Positions 10,071 through 19,047 of a stretch of DNA of 64,000 nucleotides are shown piece after piece (the first letter of the stretch is position 1; every line of letters begins with the position of its first letter). The position numbers and the translations under genes were made by a program. The notes under the pieces were generated by a model. It ran no database searches and was not told the DNA's origin. It saw only the letters and a program-made list of their open reading frames with translations. Origin of the DNA: a bacterium (GTDB lineage Bacteria; Patescibacteriota; Minisyncoccia; UBA6257; Colwellbacteraceae); contig JAKPNH010000002.1 of assembly GCA_029548485.1 (NCBI GenBank), positions 7,747-71,746 of the forward strand, given 5' to 3'.

Positions 10071-10286
10071 ATGGCTATCATCGTCAGAAAAAAAGAAGGA
10101 GAATCGGCCGGATCGCTGATTTTCCGTTTCGGAAAGAAAATCCAGCAATCGGGCGTTATTCAGGAGACGAAAAAAAGAAGATTCAAGAAAAGAGACGCCA
10201 ACAAGCGGTCCAAGCGGGTGGCCGCGCTCTACAAGGCGCGCAAGCGGAAAGACATCGAAAAAAAGAAGAAGCTCGGCTTGATGTAA
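10071..10286 (+). CDS. rpsU: 30S ribosomal protein S21
   Basis: Small basic protein VRKKEGES..LIFRF.KK...SG; conserved HIT-rpsU-yqeY order. Confidence 0.8.
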   Translation: MAIIVRKKEGESAGSLIFRFGKKIQQSGVIQETKKRRFKKRDANKRSKRVAALYKARKRKDIEKKKKLGLM

Positions 10287-10290
10287 CTCC

Positions 10291-10743
10291 ATGGCCATTC
10301 TGCCGACCATCGAAGAGGATTTGAAATCAAGTATGAAGAATGCTGACTCGGAAAGAGTCGGCATTTTGCGTTTGCTCTTGTCGGCGATCCACAATGAGGA
10401 AATCGCCAAGCGGGGCAGGGGAGGAGAAGGCCCGCTCGATCCCGACGAGGAAATCGTCGTTTTGAAAAGGGAAGCCAAAAAAAGAAAAGAATCGATCGAA
10501 CTCTATCGCCAAGGAGGCCGGAACGATCTGGCCGAAAAAGAAGAGCGCGAATTCAGAGTCATCAGCCAGTATCTGCCTCCGGAAATGAGCCGCGAAGCCG
10601 TCGAAGAAACCGTGAGAAAAGTCATCGCTTCTGGACAAAAGGATTTCGGATCGGTCATGAAAGAAGCGATGAAAGAACTGAAGGGTAAAGCCGACGGAAA
10701 ACTTGTCGCCGAAGTCATCAAATCGGCGCTCGGAAGCGAATAA
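10291..10743 (+). CDS. GatB/YqeY domain protein
   Basis: KKRKESIELY..GGR.DLAEKE, YLPP, DFGSVMK, GKADGK. Confidence 0.92.
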   Translation: MAILPTIEEDLKSSMKNADSERVGILRLLLSAIHNEEIAKRGRGGEGPLDPDEEIVVLKREAKKRKESIELYRQGGRNDLAEKEEREFRVISQYLPPEMSREAVEETVRKVIASGQKDFGSVMKEAMKELKGKADGKLVAEVIKSALGSE

Positions 10744-11120
10744 TGGCTTTGGAGAAAAGGCTGGAATCTTTGGCCGAGAAAGCGCTTGTCGCGCTGCGCC
10801 GGCCGGATTCGTCGGTCTCTGTTTATCTTCTTCCCGACAGCCTGATGCGGAAGCTCAATTTCAAATACCGGCGGAAAGACAAGCCGACGACAGTCTTGTC
10901 GTTTGTCGAACCAAAAGTGCCCCATCCGGAAACCGATAGAAAAGTCCTCGGCGAAATATACCTCGCGCCGCGGTATATCTATAAAAACAAAGGAGACATC
11001 GACCGTTTGCTGCTCCACGGGCTGCTTCATCTTTTGGGGTATGACCATGCGCGAAAAAATGATAAAATAAGAATGGAAAACAAGGAGCGGGATTTGGCCC
11101 GCCGATTGTTGAAACAATAA
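10743..11120 (+). CDS. ybeY: rRNA maturation RNase YbeY
   Basis: LN.KYR.KDKPT.VLSF, LGEIYL, HGLLHLLGYDH. Confidence 0.92.
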   Translation: MALEKRLESLAEKALVALRRPDSSVSVYLLPDSLMRKLNFKYRRKDKPTTVLSFVEPKVPHPETDRKVLGEIYLAPRYIYKNKGDIDRLLLHGLLHLLGYDHARKNDKIRMENKERDLARRLLKQ

Positions 11121-11134
11121 TGTAATCCCGAAAT

Positions 11135-12358
11135 ATGGCTCAAAACACGGTTTTAGGATTGGATATCGGGTCGGCCAACATCAAAGCGATAGTGGCCGAA
11201 GCCCGCGGCGACAAAATGAAAGTCATCGCCGGATTCACCAGGGTTTCTTCCGGACTGCGCCGGGGATCGGTCGTGGAGATGGACGAAGTCTGCAAATCGG
11301 TGGCCGAAGTCTTGAACGAGGTTAAAGTCATTTCCCGATCGAGCGTCAAAAACATTTTTCTAAACATCGGCAGCGTCGACGTGAAATCCCAGATCTCCCG
11401 CGGCATCGTCGCCGTCGCCCGGGCCAATTCGGAAATCCACGAAGACGACATCGAACGCGTGGTCAAGGCTTCTCAGGCGATCAATATTCCCCAGAACCGG
11501 ACCATCCTCCATACGATCACCAAAGAATACGTGGTCGACGGCGTGAACGACATCCGCGATCCCGAGGGCATGATCGGCGCCAGGCTCGAAGTCTCGAGCA
11601 TGATCATCGACGCTTTCGCGCCGGCCTTGAAAAATCTCCAAAAATGCGTGGAAATCTCCGGAGGGAGTATCAGCGGATTGGTTTTCAATCCTTTGGCGGC
11701 GGCGAGATCGGTTCTCACCAAGAATCAAAAAGAGCTCGGCGTGGTTTTGATCGACATCGGTTTTGGAACGACGAGCCTCGTCATTTACGAGGAAGACAAA
11801 ATCTTGCATACGGCCATTTTCCCCGTAGGAGCGGGGCATATCACGAACGATTTGGCGATCGCTTTGAAAATTCCGGTTGAAACCGCCGAAAAACTGAAGC
11901 TCGCCTACGGCTACGCCCTTTCCAAGGAGGTTTCGAGCCGCGACACCATCGACCTCAAGAAAATAGATCTGACCGTCACCGGATCGCCCTCCAGGAAATT
12001 CATCGCCGAGGTCATCGAATCGCGAATCCAGGAAATATTCGAATTGGTTAACAACGAACTTCGGCTTATCGGCAAATCCGGCCGTTTGCCCGCCGGCGCG
12101 GTCCTTTGCGGCGGCGGAGCAAAAATGCCGGGGATCGTCGATTTGTCCCGCCAGGAACTCAAGCTTTCGACCCAGATCGGATTGCCGCAGGCCTCGTACT
12201 TCGAGCTCTCGACGAACGAACTCGCCGAATACCTCGAGCTTCCGGAGTGGGCCGTGCCTTTGGGCCTCGTCCTTTGCAGCAAAGACCAAGGCAGGGTAAA
12301 ATCCAAGCCAAGCGGCAGCCTGATCGTCAAAATATTCCAGAATCTCTTACCGGAATGA
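11135..12358 (+). CDS. ftsA: Cell division protein FtsA
   Basis: GLDIGS, DIGFGTT, ITNDLA, AEKLK, LCGGGAK; upstream of ftsZ. Confidence 0.96.
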   Translation: MAQNTVLGLDIGSANIKAIVAEARGDKMKVIAGFTRVSSGLRRGSVVEMDEVCKSVAEVLNEVKVISRSSVKNIFLNIGSVDVKSQISRGIVAVARANSEIHEDDIERVVKASQAINIPQNRTILHTITKEYVVDGVNDIRDPEGMIGARLEVSSMIIDAFAPALKNLQKCVEISGGSISGLVFNPLAAARSVLTKNQKELGVVLIDIGFGTTSLVIYEEDKILHTAIFPVGAGHITNDLAIALKIPVETAEKLKLAYGYALSKEVSSRDTIDLKKIDLTVTGSPSRKFIAEVIESRIQEIFELVNNELRLIGKSGRLPAGAVLCGGGAKMPGIVDLSRQELKLSTQIGLPQASYFELSTNELAEYLELPEWAVPLGLVLCSKDQGRVKSKPSGSLIVKIFQNLLPE

Positions 12359-13545
12359 AAAAGAAAACTCAGAAGCGGAAAGCAACGACCAGACAGAGGA
12401 AATCGAGAACAGTTCCGGTGTTCGTCCACATCAAAGTAGTCGGCATCGGCGGCGGCGGCGGAAACGCCGTGACGAGAATGAGCGAAGACTTCATCAAGGG
12501 AGTCGAATTCGTGGCCATCAACACCGACACCCAGGATCTGGAATATTGCGAGGCCAAGCAGAAAATCAACATCGGCCGGAGCCTCACCAAGGGAATGGGC
12601 ACGGGCATGAATCCGGATCTGGGCAGGCAGGCGGCCGAGGAAAACCGTTCGGACATCGCCGAGGCCCTCCAAAACACGGATCTGGTGTTTTTGACCGCCG
12701 GCATGGGCGGAGGCACGGGCACCGGTGCCACGCCGGTCGTCGCCGAAATCGCCAGGGAAATGGGTATATTGACCGTGGCCGTAGTCACCAAACCTTTCGC
12801 TTTCGAAGGATCGCAAAGGATCAGGATCGCCGAAGAGGGAATCGCCAAACTGAAAGACAAAGTCGATTCTCTGATCATTATCCCGAACGACCGGGTTTTC
12901 AGCATCATCGGCAACGACACCTCGATCACCAAGGCTTTCATCAAAATCGACGAGATATTGAGGAATACGGTCAAAGGCATTTCCGAGATCGTTTCCATTC
13001 CGGGAATAGTGAACGTCGATTTCGCCGACGTCAAAATGATCATGGGAGGTGGTGGTCTGGCTTTTGTCGGCGTCGGCCAGGCGGCCGGCAACGACCGGGC
13101 CATCAAGGCGGCCACCCAAGCCATCAATTCCCCGCTTTTGGAGTTTTCGATCGATGGCGCCAAGGGCGTGCTTTTCGGGGTTTCTGGCGGCGCCGACCTA
13201 AAGATGGCCGAAATCAACGAAGCAGCCAAGCTGGTGACGGAAAACGTCGATTCCGGAGCGAAAATCATCTTCGGCGCCTATCACGACCGCAAGGTAAAGC
13301 AAGGGCAATTGAAAATTATCCTTATCGCCACCGGCTTCAACGGCCTGGTAAGCCGCGAAAGGGAGACTTTCAGCCTGTTCAGCCCGCTTCGGGAGGAGCC
13401 GTTAATGAAATCCGACGCCAAAAAGCCGGAAAAAGAGGCACTGGAGGAGAAAACGAGCGAAGAAAAGCCGGAAATCGGCAAAGCCGCCAAAGCGGACGAA
13501 GAAATCTGGGACATTCCGACATTTTTGAGAAAAAAACGCAAATAG
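12355..13545 (+). CDS. ftsZ: Cell division protein FtsZ
   Basis: GGGGGNAV, AINTD, GMGGGTGTG tubulin signature, C-terminal DIPTFLRK; start at ATG 12355 overlapping ftsA stop. Confidence 0.98.
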   Translation: MKKKTQKRKATTRQRKSRTVPVFVHIKVVGIGGGGGNAVTRMSEDFIKGVEFVAINTDTQDLEYCEAKQKINIGRSLTKGMGTGMNPDLGRQAAEENRSDIAEALQNTDLVFLTAGMGGGTGTGATPVVAEIAREMGILTVAVVTKPFAFEGSQRIRIAEEGIAKLKDKVDSLIIIPNDRVFSIIGNDTSITKAFIKIDEILRNTVKGISEIVSIPGIVNVDFADVKMIMGGGGLAFVGVGQAAGNDRAIKAATQAINSPLLEFSIDGAKGVLFGVSGGADLKMAEINEAAKLVTENVDSGAKIIFGAYHDRKVKQGQLKIILIATGFNGLVSRERETFSLFSPLREEPLMKSDAKKPEKEALEEKTSEEKPEIGKAAKADEEIWDIPTFLRKKRK

Positions 13546-13564
13546 AGTTTCACTTATCCACACG

Positions 13565-13598
13565 GAAACCGGTTTTCGGGCGATAGACCGGTTTTTTG
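13565..13598 (+). terminator. Probable intrinsic terminator after ftsZ
   Basis: aaaccggtt / gaccggttt stem followed by T-run. Confidence 0.6.
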
Positions 13599-13667
13599 TT
13601 TGAGGTAAAATTAAAAGACATTCTTAAAAAGTCCTCGAAAAAATAAATATAAAAAACAAAGCAAAAT

Positions 13668-15791
13668 ATGCCGCCAAAAAAGTTTCGGAATCATCTGACC
13701 AGCGTGACGAAAAGAGACGGGGAAACAACTCCTTTCGATAAAGCCAGAATCGAGCAAGCCATTTACAAAGCTTTGACCGCGACCGACCAGGGAGGAATCA
13801 AGCTGGCGAAACAATTGGCGGACAAGGTGGTGAGGATTTTGAACCGGCGCTTCAAAAAGAACGAAGCTCCGCACGTCGAGCAGATCCAGGACATCGTCGA
13901 GGAGATCCTGATGCTCGAAGACCTGACGGAAACCGCCAAGGCTTATATCCTTTACCGCGAACAGAGGAGGGCGATCAGGGAAGCGAAGACCGCCACCGAC
14001 GAAGCTTCGGAGTTGATCGACAGCTATCTCAAGGAAGTCGATTGGGAAGTGAAGGAAAACAGCAACATGGCTTTTTCCCTCCAGGGACTGAACCATTATG
14101 TCGCTTCGCACGTCACCAAGAAATATTGGTTGAACAAGATTTATCCGGTTGAAGTGAGGAAAGCCGTGGCCGACGGCGAGATCCACGTGCACGATCTCGA
14201 CATCCTCGGGCCCTATTGCTGCGGCTGGGACGTCGGAGACGTTTTGCTTCGCGGATTCGGAGGGGTTTTCGGAAAGATCCAGTCGCGTCCGGCCAAGCAC
14301 TTGCGTACGGCCTTGGGCCAGCTCGTCAATTTCTTTTACACGCTCCAAGGAGAATCCGCCGGCGCCCAGGCGTTTTCCAATTTCGATACTTATCTCGCGC
14401 CTTTCATCCGTTACGACGGCCTGACGTTCAAAGAGGTGAAGCAATGCCTTCAGGAATTCCTGTTTAATTGCAACGTGCCGACGCGCGTCGGATTCCAGAC
14501 TCCGTTTTCCAATATCTCCCTTGATCTGGTCGTGCCGAGTCACATGAAAGGCCTGCCGATAATCATCGGCGGCCAGCACAAAGAAGATGTCTACGGTTCG
14601 TTCCAGCCGGAAATGGATATCTTCAACAAAGCTCTTTGCGAGGTTTACGTCGAAGGCGACGCCACCGGCCGGGTTTTCACTTTCCCGATTCCGACTTACA
14701 ACATCACCAAGGATTTCGATTGGGACAATCCGAATTACGAAGGCGTTTGGCAGATGACCGCCAAATACGGCATTCCTTATTTCTCGAATTTCATCAATTC
14801 CGACATGAAGCCCGAAGATGCGCGCTCGATGTGCTGCCGACTCCGGCTCGACAACCGCGAACTCTACAAGCGGGGCGGAGGACTTTTCGGGGCCAATCCT
14901 TTGACCGGATCGATCGGCGTCGTCACCATCAATATGCCGCGGATCGGCTATCTCTCGAAGACCAAAAAAGAGTTTTTTGAAAGGCTTGATCGGATCATGG
15001 ATATCTCGAAAACCAGCCTGGAAATAAAAAGAAAGGCTCTGGAGGATCTAATAGAAAAAGGGCTTTATCCGTATTCGCGCTATTATCTCAGTGAAGCGAA
15101 AAAATTGAGGAATTCCTATTGGGCCAACCACTTTTCGACGATCGGGCTGATCGGAATGAACGAGGCGCTTTTGAATTTCCTGGGTGTCAGCATTTCCGAC
15201 AAGAAGGGCATCAAGTTCGCCGAGGAAGTGCTCGATTTCATGCGCGATCGATTGAGCTCTTACCAGGAAGAAACGGGGAACCTTTACAATCTCGAAGCCA
15301 CTCCGGGAGAAGGAACTTCTTACAGGCTTCCCTTGAAAGACAGGAAAGAATATCCGGATATCATCACCGCCGGAGAAAAGGATCCGTATTACACCAATTC
15401 CACCCAGCTTCCGGTCAATTACACCGACGACATTTTCGAGGCCATCGGGCTTCAAGACGGCCTGCAAACCAAGTATACCGGCGGCACGGTTTTCCACGCC
15501 TTCCTCGGGGAAGCTTTGCCGGACAGCGAGGCGGTGAAATCGACCATTAAGACCGTTTTCGGAAAATTCCGGCTGCCGTATTTCACCCTGACGCCGACTT
15601 TTTCCATTTGTCCGTCCCACGGATATATCGCCGGAAACCATCAATTTTGCCCGTATTGCGAAACCGAACAGACCTGCGAAATCTACTCGCGGGTGGTCGG
15701 CTTCCTCCGTCCGATCCAGCAATGGAACAAGGGCAAGCGCGAGGAATTCAACCAGCGGAAGATGTTCAAGGTGGCGGCCAAACAGGATTAG
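13668..15791 (+). CDS. nrdD: Anaerobic (class III) ribonucleoside-triphosphate reductase with ATP cone
   Basis: N-terminal VTKRDG ATP cone, SMCCRL, EATPGEG, CxxH..CxxC, glycyl-radical loop SRVVGFLRP. Confidence 0.95.
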   Translation: MPPKKFRNHLTSVTKRDGETTPFDKARIEQAIYKALTATDQGGIKLAKQLADKVVRILNRRFKKNEAPHVEQIQDIVEEILMLEDLTETAKAYILYREQRRAIREAKTATDEASELIDSYLKEVDWEVKENSNMAFSLQGLNHYVASHVTKKYWLNKIYPVEVRKAVADGEIHVHDLDILGPYCCGWDVGDVLLRGFGGVFGKIQSRPAKHLRTALGQLVNFFYTLQGESAGAQAFSNFDTYLAPFIRYDGLTFKEVKQCLQEFLFNCNVPTRVGFQTPFSNISLDLVVPSHMKGLPIIIGGQHKEDVYGSFQPEMDIFNKALCEVYVEGDATGRVFTFPIPTYNITKDFDWDNPNYEGVWQMTAKYGIPYFSNFINSDMKPEDARSMCCRLRLDNRELYKRGGGLFGANPLTGSIGVVTINMPRIGYLSKTKKEFFERLDRIMDISKTSLEIKRKALEDLIEKGLYPYSRYYLSEAKKLRNSYWANHFSTIGLIGMNEALLNFLGVSISDKKGIKFAEEVLDFMRDRLSSYQEETGNLYNLEATPGEGTSYRLPLKDRKEYPDIITAGEKDPYYTNSTQLPVNYTDDIFEAIGLQDGLQTKYTGGTVFHAFLGEALPDSEAVKSTIKTVFGKFRLPYFTLTPTFSICPSHGYIAGNHQFCPYCETEQTCEIYSRVVGFLRPIQQWNKGKREEFNQRKMFKVAAKQD

Positions 15792-15848
15792 TTTTTTCAT
15801 TTCCGAGACCGGTTTTTGATTTCTGAAGGCTTTTGTTAAGCTTTAGCT

Positions 15849-16544
15849 ATGATTTTCGGCGGCATCCAAAAAACGACCCTGGTGGATTATCCGGGCAAGG
15901 TGGCCTGCGTTTTGTTCACTTTGGGGTGCGATTTCAAATGCCCTTGGTGCCATAATCCGGAGCTTTCTTCGGCGAATCTGATCTCGGCACAGCCGGTTAT
16001 CGATCAGTCGGAGGTATTGAGTTTTTTGGAATCTAGAAAAGGCCTGCTCCAGGGAATCTGCATAACCGGCGGAGAACCGACTATCCAGCCGGACTTGATC
16101 GATTTTGTCCGCCGGGCAAAGAAAATGGAATTTTTATTGAAGCTCGATTCGAACGGTTCGCATCCGGAAGTCTTGGAAAAACTGATCGCCGAGAAGCTAG
16201 TGGATTACGTCGCCATGGATGTCAAAAACCGGCCGGAGAAATACGAAGAAACGATCGGTATAGCGGTGGCTCCCGAGAGGATCTTGGAGAGTATCAATAT
16301 CGTGAAAACATTGTCCGATTACGAGTTCCGGACAACCGTCGTCCCCGGATTGGTTTTGGAAGAAGACATTTTGGAAATCTCCGAGCTTATCAAAGGAGCC
16401 AGGCGCTATTATCTCCAGCCTTTCCAAGGACAGAAAACGGCCGGCTTTAATTATGACAAAAAAGCCGTTTTAAAGAAGCCGGAGCTGGAAAAAATTAGGG
16501 ATAAAATCAAGGATAAATTCGATATTTGCGAAGTCAGGGGATAG
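15849..16544 (+). CDS. nrdG: Anaerobic RNR activating protein (radical SAM)
   Basis: LVDYPGK, CDFKCPWCHNP, ITGGEPT; follows nrdD. Confidence 0.92.
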   Translation: MIFGGIQKTTLVDYPGKVACVLFTLGCDFKCPWCHNPELSSANLISAQPVIDQSEVLSFLESRKGLLQGICITGGEPTIQPDLIDFVRRAKKMEFLLKLDSNGSHPEVLEKLIAEKLVDYVAMDVKNRPEKYEETIGIAVAPERILESINIVKTLSDYEFRTTVVPGLVLEEDILEISELIKGARRYYLQPFQGQKTAGFNYDKKAVLKKPELEKIRDKIKDKFDICEVRG

Positions 16545-16636
16545 TTTCAAGTAGGAGCTTCTATTGAAAAAAACAGTCAAATTTACTATCATAAAGCCGC
16601 TACCTTTTTGAAGATAGCGGCTTAAAAATTGAATAT

Positions 16637-17047
16637 TCCGACATAGCTCAACGGTAGAGCGTCTCCCTGTGAACCGTCTTGTCCGATTGCTATAATTCAA
16701 AACAGTGGCGGGCAAGAGAATCTATGCCGACAGGCGCGAAGAATTGATCAGAACCGTCGGCATCACGCAGCCTTCTCGAGTAATCGAGATTGAATAATGG
16801 GGTGAATTCGGGGAAGTCCAATAATAGGATAATCCCGAGCCAATTCCCGCACATTGCGGGACAGGTGTAGAGACTATCTCGAAAGAGAGTAGTTCCCGCA
16901 GTTTTATATAAAACTGCGGAGGACGAAGCGCCTCATTCCGCACTCCGCAAAAACAGCGGAACGGAAATGATATAGTCCACCCTCGGTGGCAACATCGAGA
17001 TAAGTGTAAGGAGCGGGTTCCTGGTTCGAATCCAGGTGTCGGAGCCA
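16637..17047 (+). tRNA. tRNA-Asn(GTT), intron-split: exon 1 16637-16670, exon 2 17007-17047
   Basis: Joined exons give acceptor tccgaca/tgtcgga, discriminator G, encoded CCA, D arm agctcaacggtagagc, anticodon loop ctGT|Taa, T arm cctgg-ttcgaat-ccagg. Confidence 0.92.
16671..17006 (+). ncRNA. Group I self-splicing intron (336 nt, no internal ORF)
   Basis: 5' exon ends in U, intron ends in G; core motifs gaattcggggaa (P), aatcccgagc (Q), gtagagacta (R), gatatagtcc (S). Confidence 0.9.
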
Positions 17048-17102
17048 GATTGAGATAGCTCAAATATAGCTTCTGCTATAAAGAACTCTTAAGCTTTTTA
17101 CT

Positions 17103-18152
17103 TTATTCATTGAGCCAAAACCATAATTGATTTTTAAGCTCTTGATTCAGAATGTGTGTATCAGCGTGGGATAAAACACCAAGGTATGATTGTAGTGATT
17201 GTTCAACAGTTTTATAAGGAATTCGTCCATCTTTATATTCTTTGACACGCATTTTTAGTTTTTTAAATACTCGGTTTTTAGTCTTGGTGCGAAGCTGAAG
17301 ATGGTATGGCAAAACAACGTAACCGAGAAAATCTATACCCTGCCTTAATTTGCGGATGGAAACTTTATTGGGATGGAGTTCAAGACAAAGCCTTTGTCTA
17401 AGAAATGATTTTATCGGAGAGATTATCTTTTCAAGATAATACGGGTTATCAGCCAAGATTACAAAATCGTCAGTATAGCGAAGATAATGCTTTATTTTAA
17501 GACCATGTTTTATAAATTGGTCGAATTCATTCAGATAAACGTTTGCGAAAAGCTGGGAAGTAAGATTACCAATGGGCACACCCTTCTGCTCAAAGAGGTT
17601 GGAGTATCGGGAGGAGAAACTTTCTATAACTTCCCGCAGCAGCCACATTGTGTCGGGATCCTTAATTTTTTTAGCAAGAATATTAAACAAGATATAGTGG
17701 TCAATCGTTTCAAAGAACTTCTTAATATCGCACTTCAAAGCAAAACATGGCTTTCGTACGTTACCACTTACTTTTCGAGTAAGGTCCCGCAGTGTTATTA
17801 TGCCCTTGTGGGTTCCTTTGTTAATGCGACAAGAAAAGGAATTGGAGATAAACGATTTTTCAAAGAGAGGATTAATAATTGCGAAAATCGCGTGATGCAA
17901 TACGCGATCTCGTACGGCGGCTTTGTGTATATGACGTTGTTTTGGGTCTTGAATCCAAAATGATGTATAGAGACCGTGTTTATAGCGTCTTGCCTTCAGG
18001 TCGCGGTGCAATTGAAAGATATTTTGCTCAAGCTGCCATTCGAATAATTGGACGTCATCCTTGCCCTGTTTATCACTTTTAAATTTCTCCCAGGCAGCAA
18101 AGAGGTTTTCTAATGAAATGATTTGGTCAAAAAGGTTCCTATAAGTTTTCAT
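17103..18152 (-). CDS. DGR-type reverse transcriptase
   Basis: DPKQRHI, RDRVLHHA, SFSCR..KGTH, LKCDIKKFF, GVPIGNLTSQ (DGR SQ motif), RYTDD, GIDFLGY; start placed at MKTYRN. Confidence 0.93.
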   Translation of the reverse strand: MKTYRNLFDQIISLENLFAAWEKFKSDKQGKDDVQLFEWQLEQNIFQLHRDLKARRYKHGLYTSFWIQDPKQRHIHKAAVRDRVLHHAIFAIINPLFEKSFISNSFSCRINKGTHKGIITLRDLTRKVSGNVRKPCFALKCDIKKFFETIDHYILFNILAKKIKDPDTMWLLREVIESFSSRYSNLFEQKGVPIGNLTSQLFANVYLNEFDQFIKHGLKIKHYLRYTDDFVILADNPYYLEKIISPIKSFLRQRLCLELHPNKVSIRKLRQGIDFLGYVVLPYHLQLRTKTKNRVFKKLKMRVKEYKDGRIPYKTVEQSLQSYLGVLSHADTHILNQELKNQLWFWLNE

Positions 18153-18157
18153 AATAC

Positions 18158-18508
18158 ATGGAAGAATTAGACATACCAATTTTAAAAAAGGCTTATAATC
18201 TGTATAAAGACTTTTACGGTTTCCGCAATAATGTTCCCAGGCAGGATAGATTTACTATCTGGCAACGGTGTGAAAATATAATTTTGGAGATGCTAGAAAA
18301 TATCATCTACGCAAGTCAACTGTCAAAGTCGGAAAAATTACCAGTTTTACAGAAAGCCAGTCTCGAATTAAGCTTTCTCCGTGTTTTCCTTCGTCTTTGC
18401 AAAGAAACAAAAGTATTAGATACGAGAAAGTACATCTATTTAGAGGAAGCAGTAGACGAAATAGGTAGAATGCTTGGCGGATGGATAAAATCAACTAAAG
18501 ACCATTAA
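18158..18508 (+). CDS. avd: DGR accessory variability determinant (Avd / four-helix bundle family)
   Basis: 116 aa; IPILKKAYNLY, PRQDRFTI, LRVFLRL, EIGRMLGGWIK typical of Avd; adjacent to RT. Confidence 0.85.
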   Translation: MEELDIPILKKAYNLYKDFYGFRNNVPRQDRFTIWQRCENIILEMLENIIYASQLSKSEKLPVLQKASLELSFLRVFLRLCKETKVLDTRKYIYLEEAVDEIGRMLGGWIKSTKDH

Positions 18509-18870
18509 ATAAAACGCCCTCCGTGAAAGAGGGCGTTTATTAAACAGCAATAGAGAGTGAACTGCCGCGAGGCGGCGACACCGATGATGTCATTGCGGTT
18601 ATCATTCCAGTAGTTGTTGACATTCAGCCCGTCAGCGTCAAAGTTGCCGACGTTGCCTTCATTGGTTACGATCTGTGTATCTGAAAGAGTGGTTGTGCAG
18701 TTTGATGAGTTTAACGCAAGTATACCGTAGTCTACTGTGCCGTCAGAAACGCTGACTGATACATTTTCTAATAAAACTGTGGCAGCTACCGTTGCGCTGT
18801 CCGAAGCATGGGCCGAGGGGATTAAGACCATCGCGAGTGTCAGAAGAGAAAACAAAATATTTTTCTTCAT
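18505..18870 (-). CDS. Chimeric ORF: signal peptide + secreted-protein N-terminus fused in frame to the DGR template repeat
   Basis: MKKNILF..SAHA signal peptide, Ser/Thr/Val-rich beta region, then Asn-rich TR translation; may be a truncated gene. Confidence 0.55.
   Translation of the reverse strand: MKKNILFSLLTLAMVLIPSAHASDSATVAATVLLENVSVSVSDGTVDYGILALNSSNCTTTLSDTQIVTNEGNVGNFDADGLNVNNYWNDNRNDIIGVAASRQFTLYCCLINALFHGGRFI
18509..18540. terminator. Hairpin between avd 3' end and TR (bidirectional terminator and/or TR-spacer structure)
   Basis: aaacgccctc-cgtgaaa-gagggcgttt perfect 10-bp stem with A/T flanks. Confidence 0.65.
18559..18657 (-). repeat. DGR template repeat (TR) candidate
   Basis: ggcAACgtcggcAACtttgacgctgacgggctgAATgtcAACAACtactggAATgatAACcgcAATgacatcatcggtgtcgccgcctcgcggcagttc: 8 AAY codons and GC-rich 3' end; partner VR not seen. 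Confidence 0.8.
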
Positions 18871-19047
18871 AACAAATTTATTTAATTTTTAATGTTAAAA
18901 AACAAATATCTTTAATATCATACAAAAAGAAAAGACGGATGACAACGATTTTTTAAGCTTGGATGTGGATAACTGCGGAAAAATCCGTTTTTTAAGGAAG
19001 TTGTTACGAGATAAATTATCGCTTATATAGCTTGGTTGAGTCTCTTT

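Larger units (their letters stand above)
17103..18657. mobile_element. Diversity-generating retroelement core (TR + avd + RT); target not in window
   Basis: Co-located DGR RT, Avd-like gene and AAC-rich TR in an AT-rich block next to tRNA-Asn. Confidence 0.85.

Noticed and set aside
13600-13667. NrdR box upstream of nrdD
   Set aside because: A-rich, but no convincing match to the palindromic NrdR consensus.
16637-16680. tRNA-His(GTG) reading of ctGTGaa
   Set aside because: No 3' half follows contiguously. The acceptor stem, G73 and splice junctions fit Asn(GTT) after intron removal.
16722-17063. 113-aa minus-strand ORF as an intron homing endonuclease
   Set aside because: Antisense translation of tRNA and intron, with no LAGLIDADG, GIY-YIG or HNH motif.
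17103-18179. RT as group II intron, retron or CRISPR-associated RT
   Set aside because: The IGNLTSQ motif, size, adjacent Avd and AAC-rich TR indicate a DGR; no maturase/endonuclease domain or cas genes.
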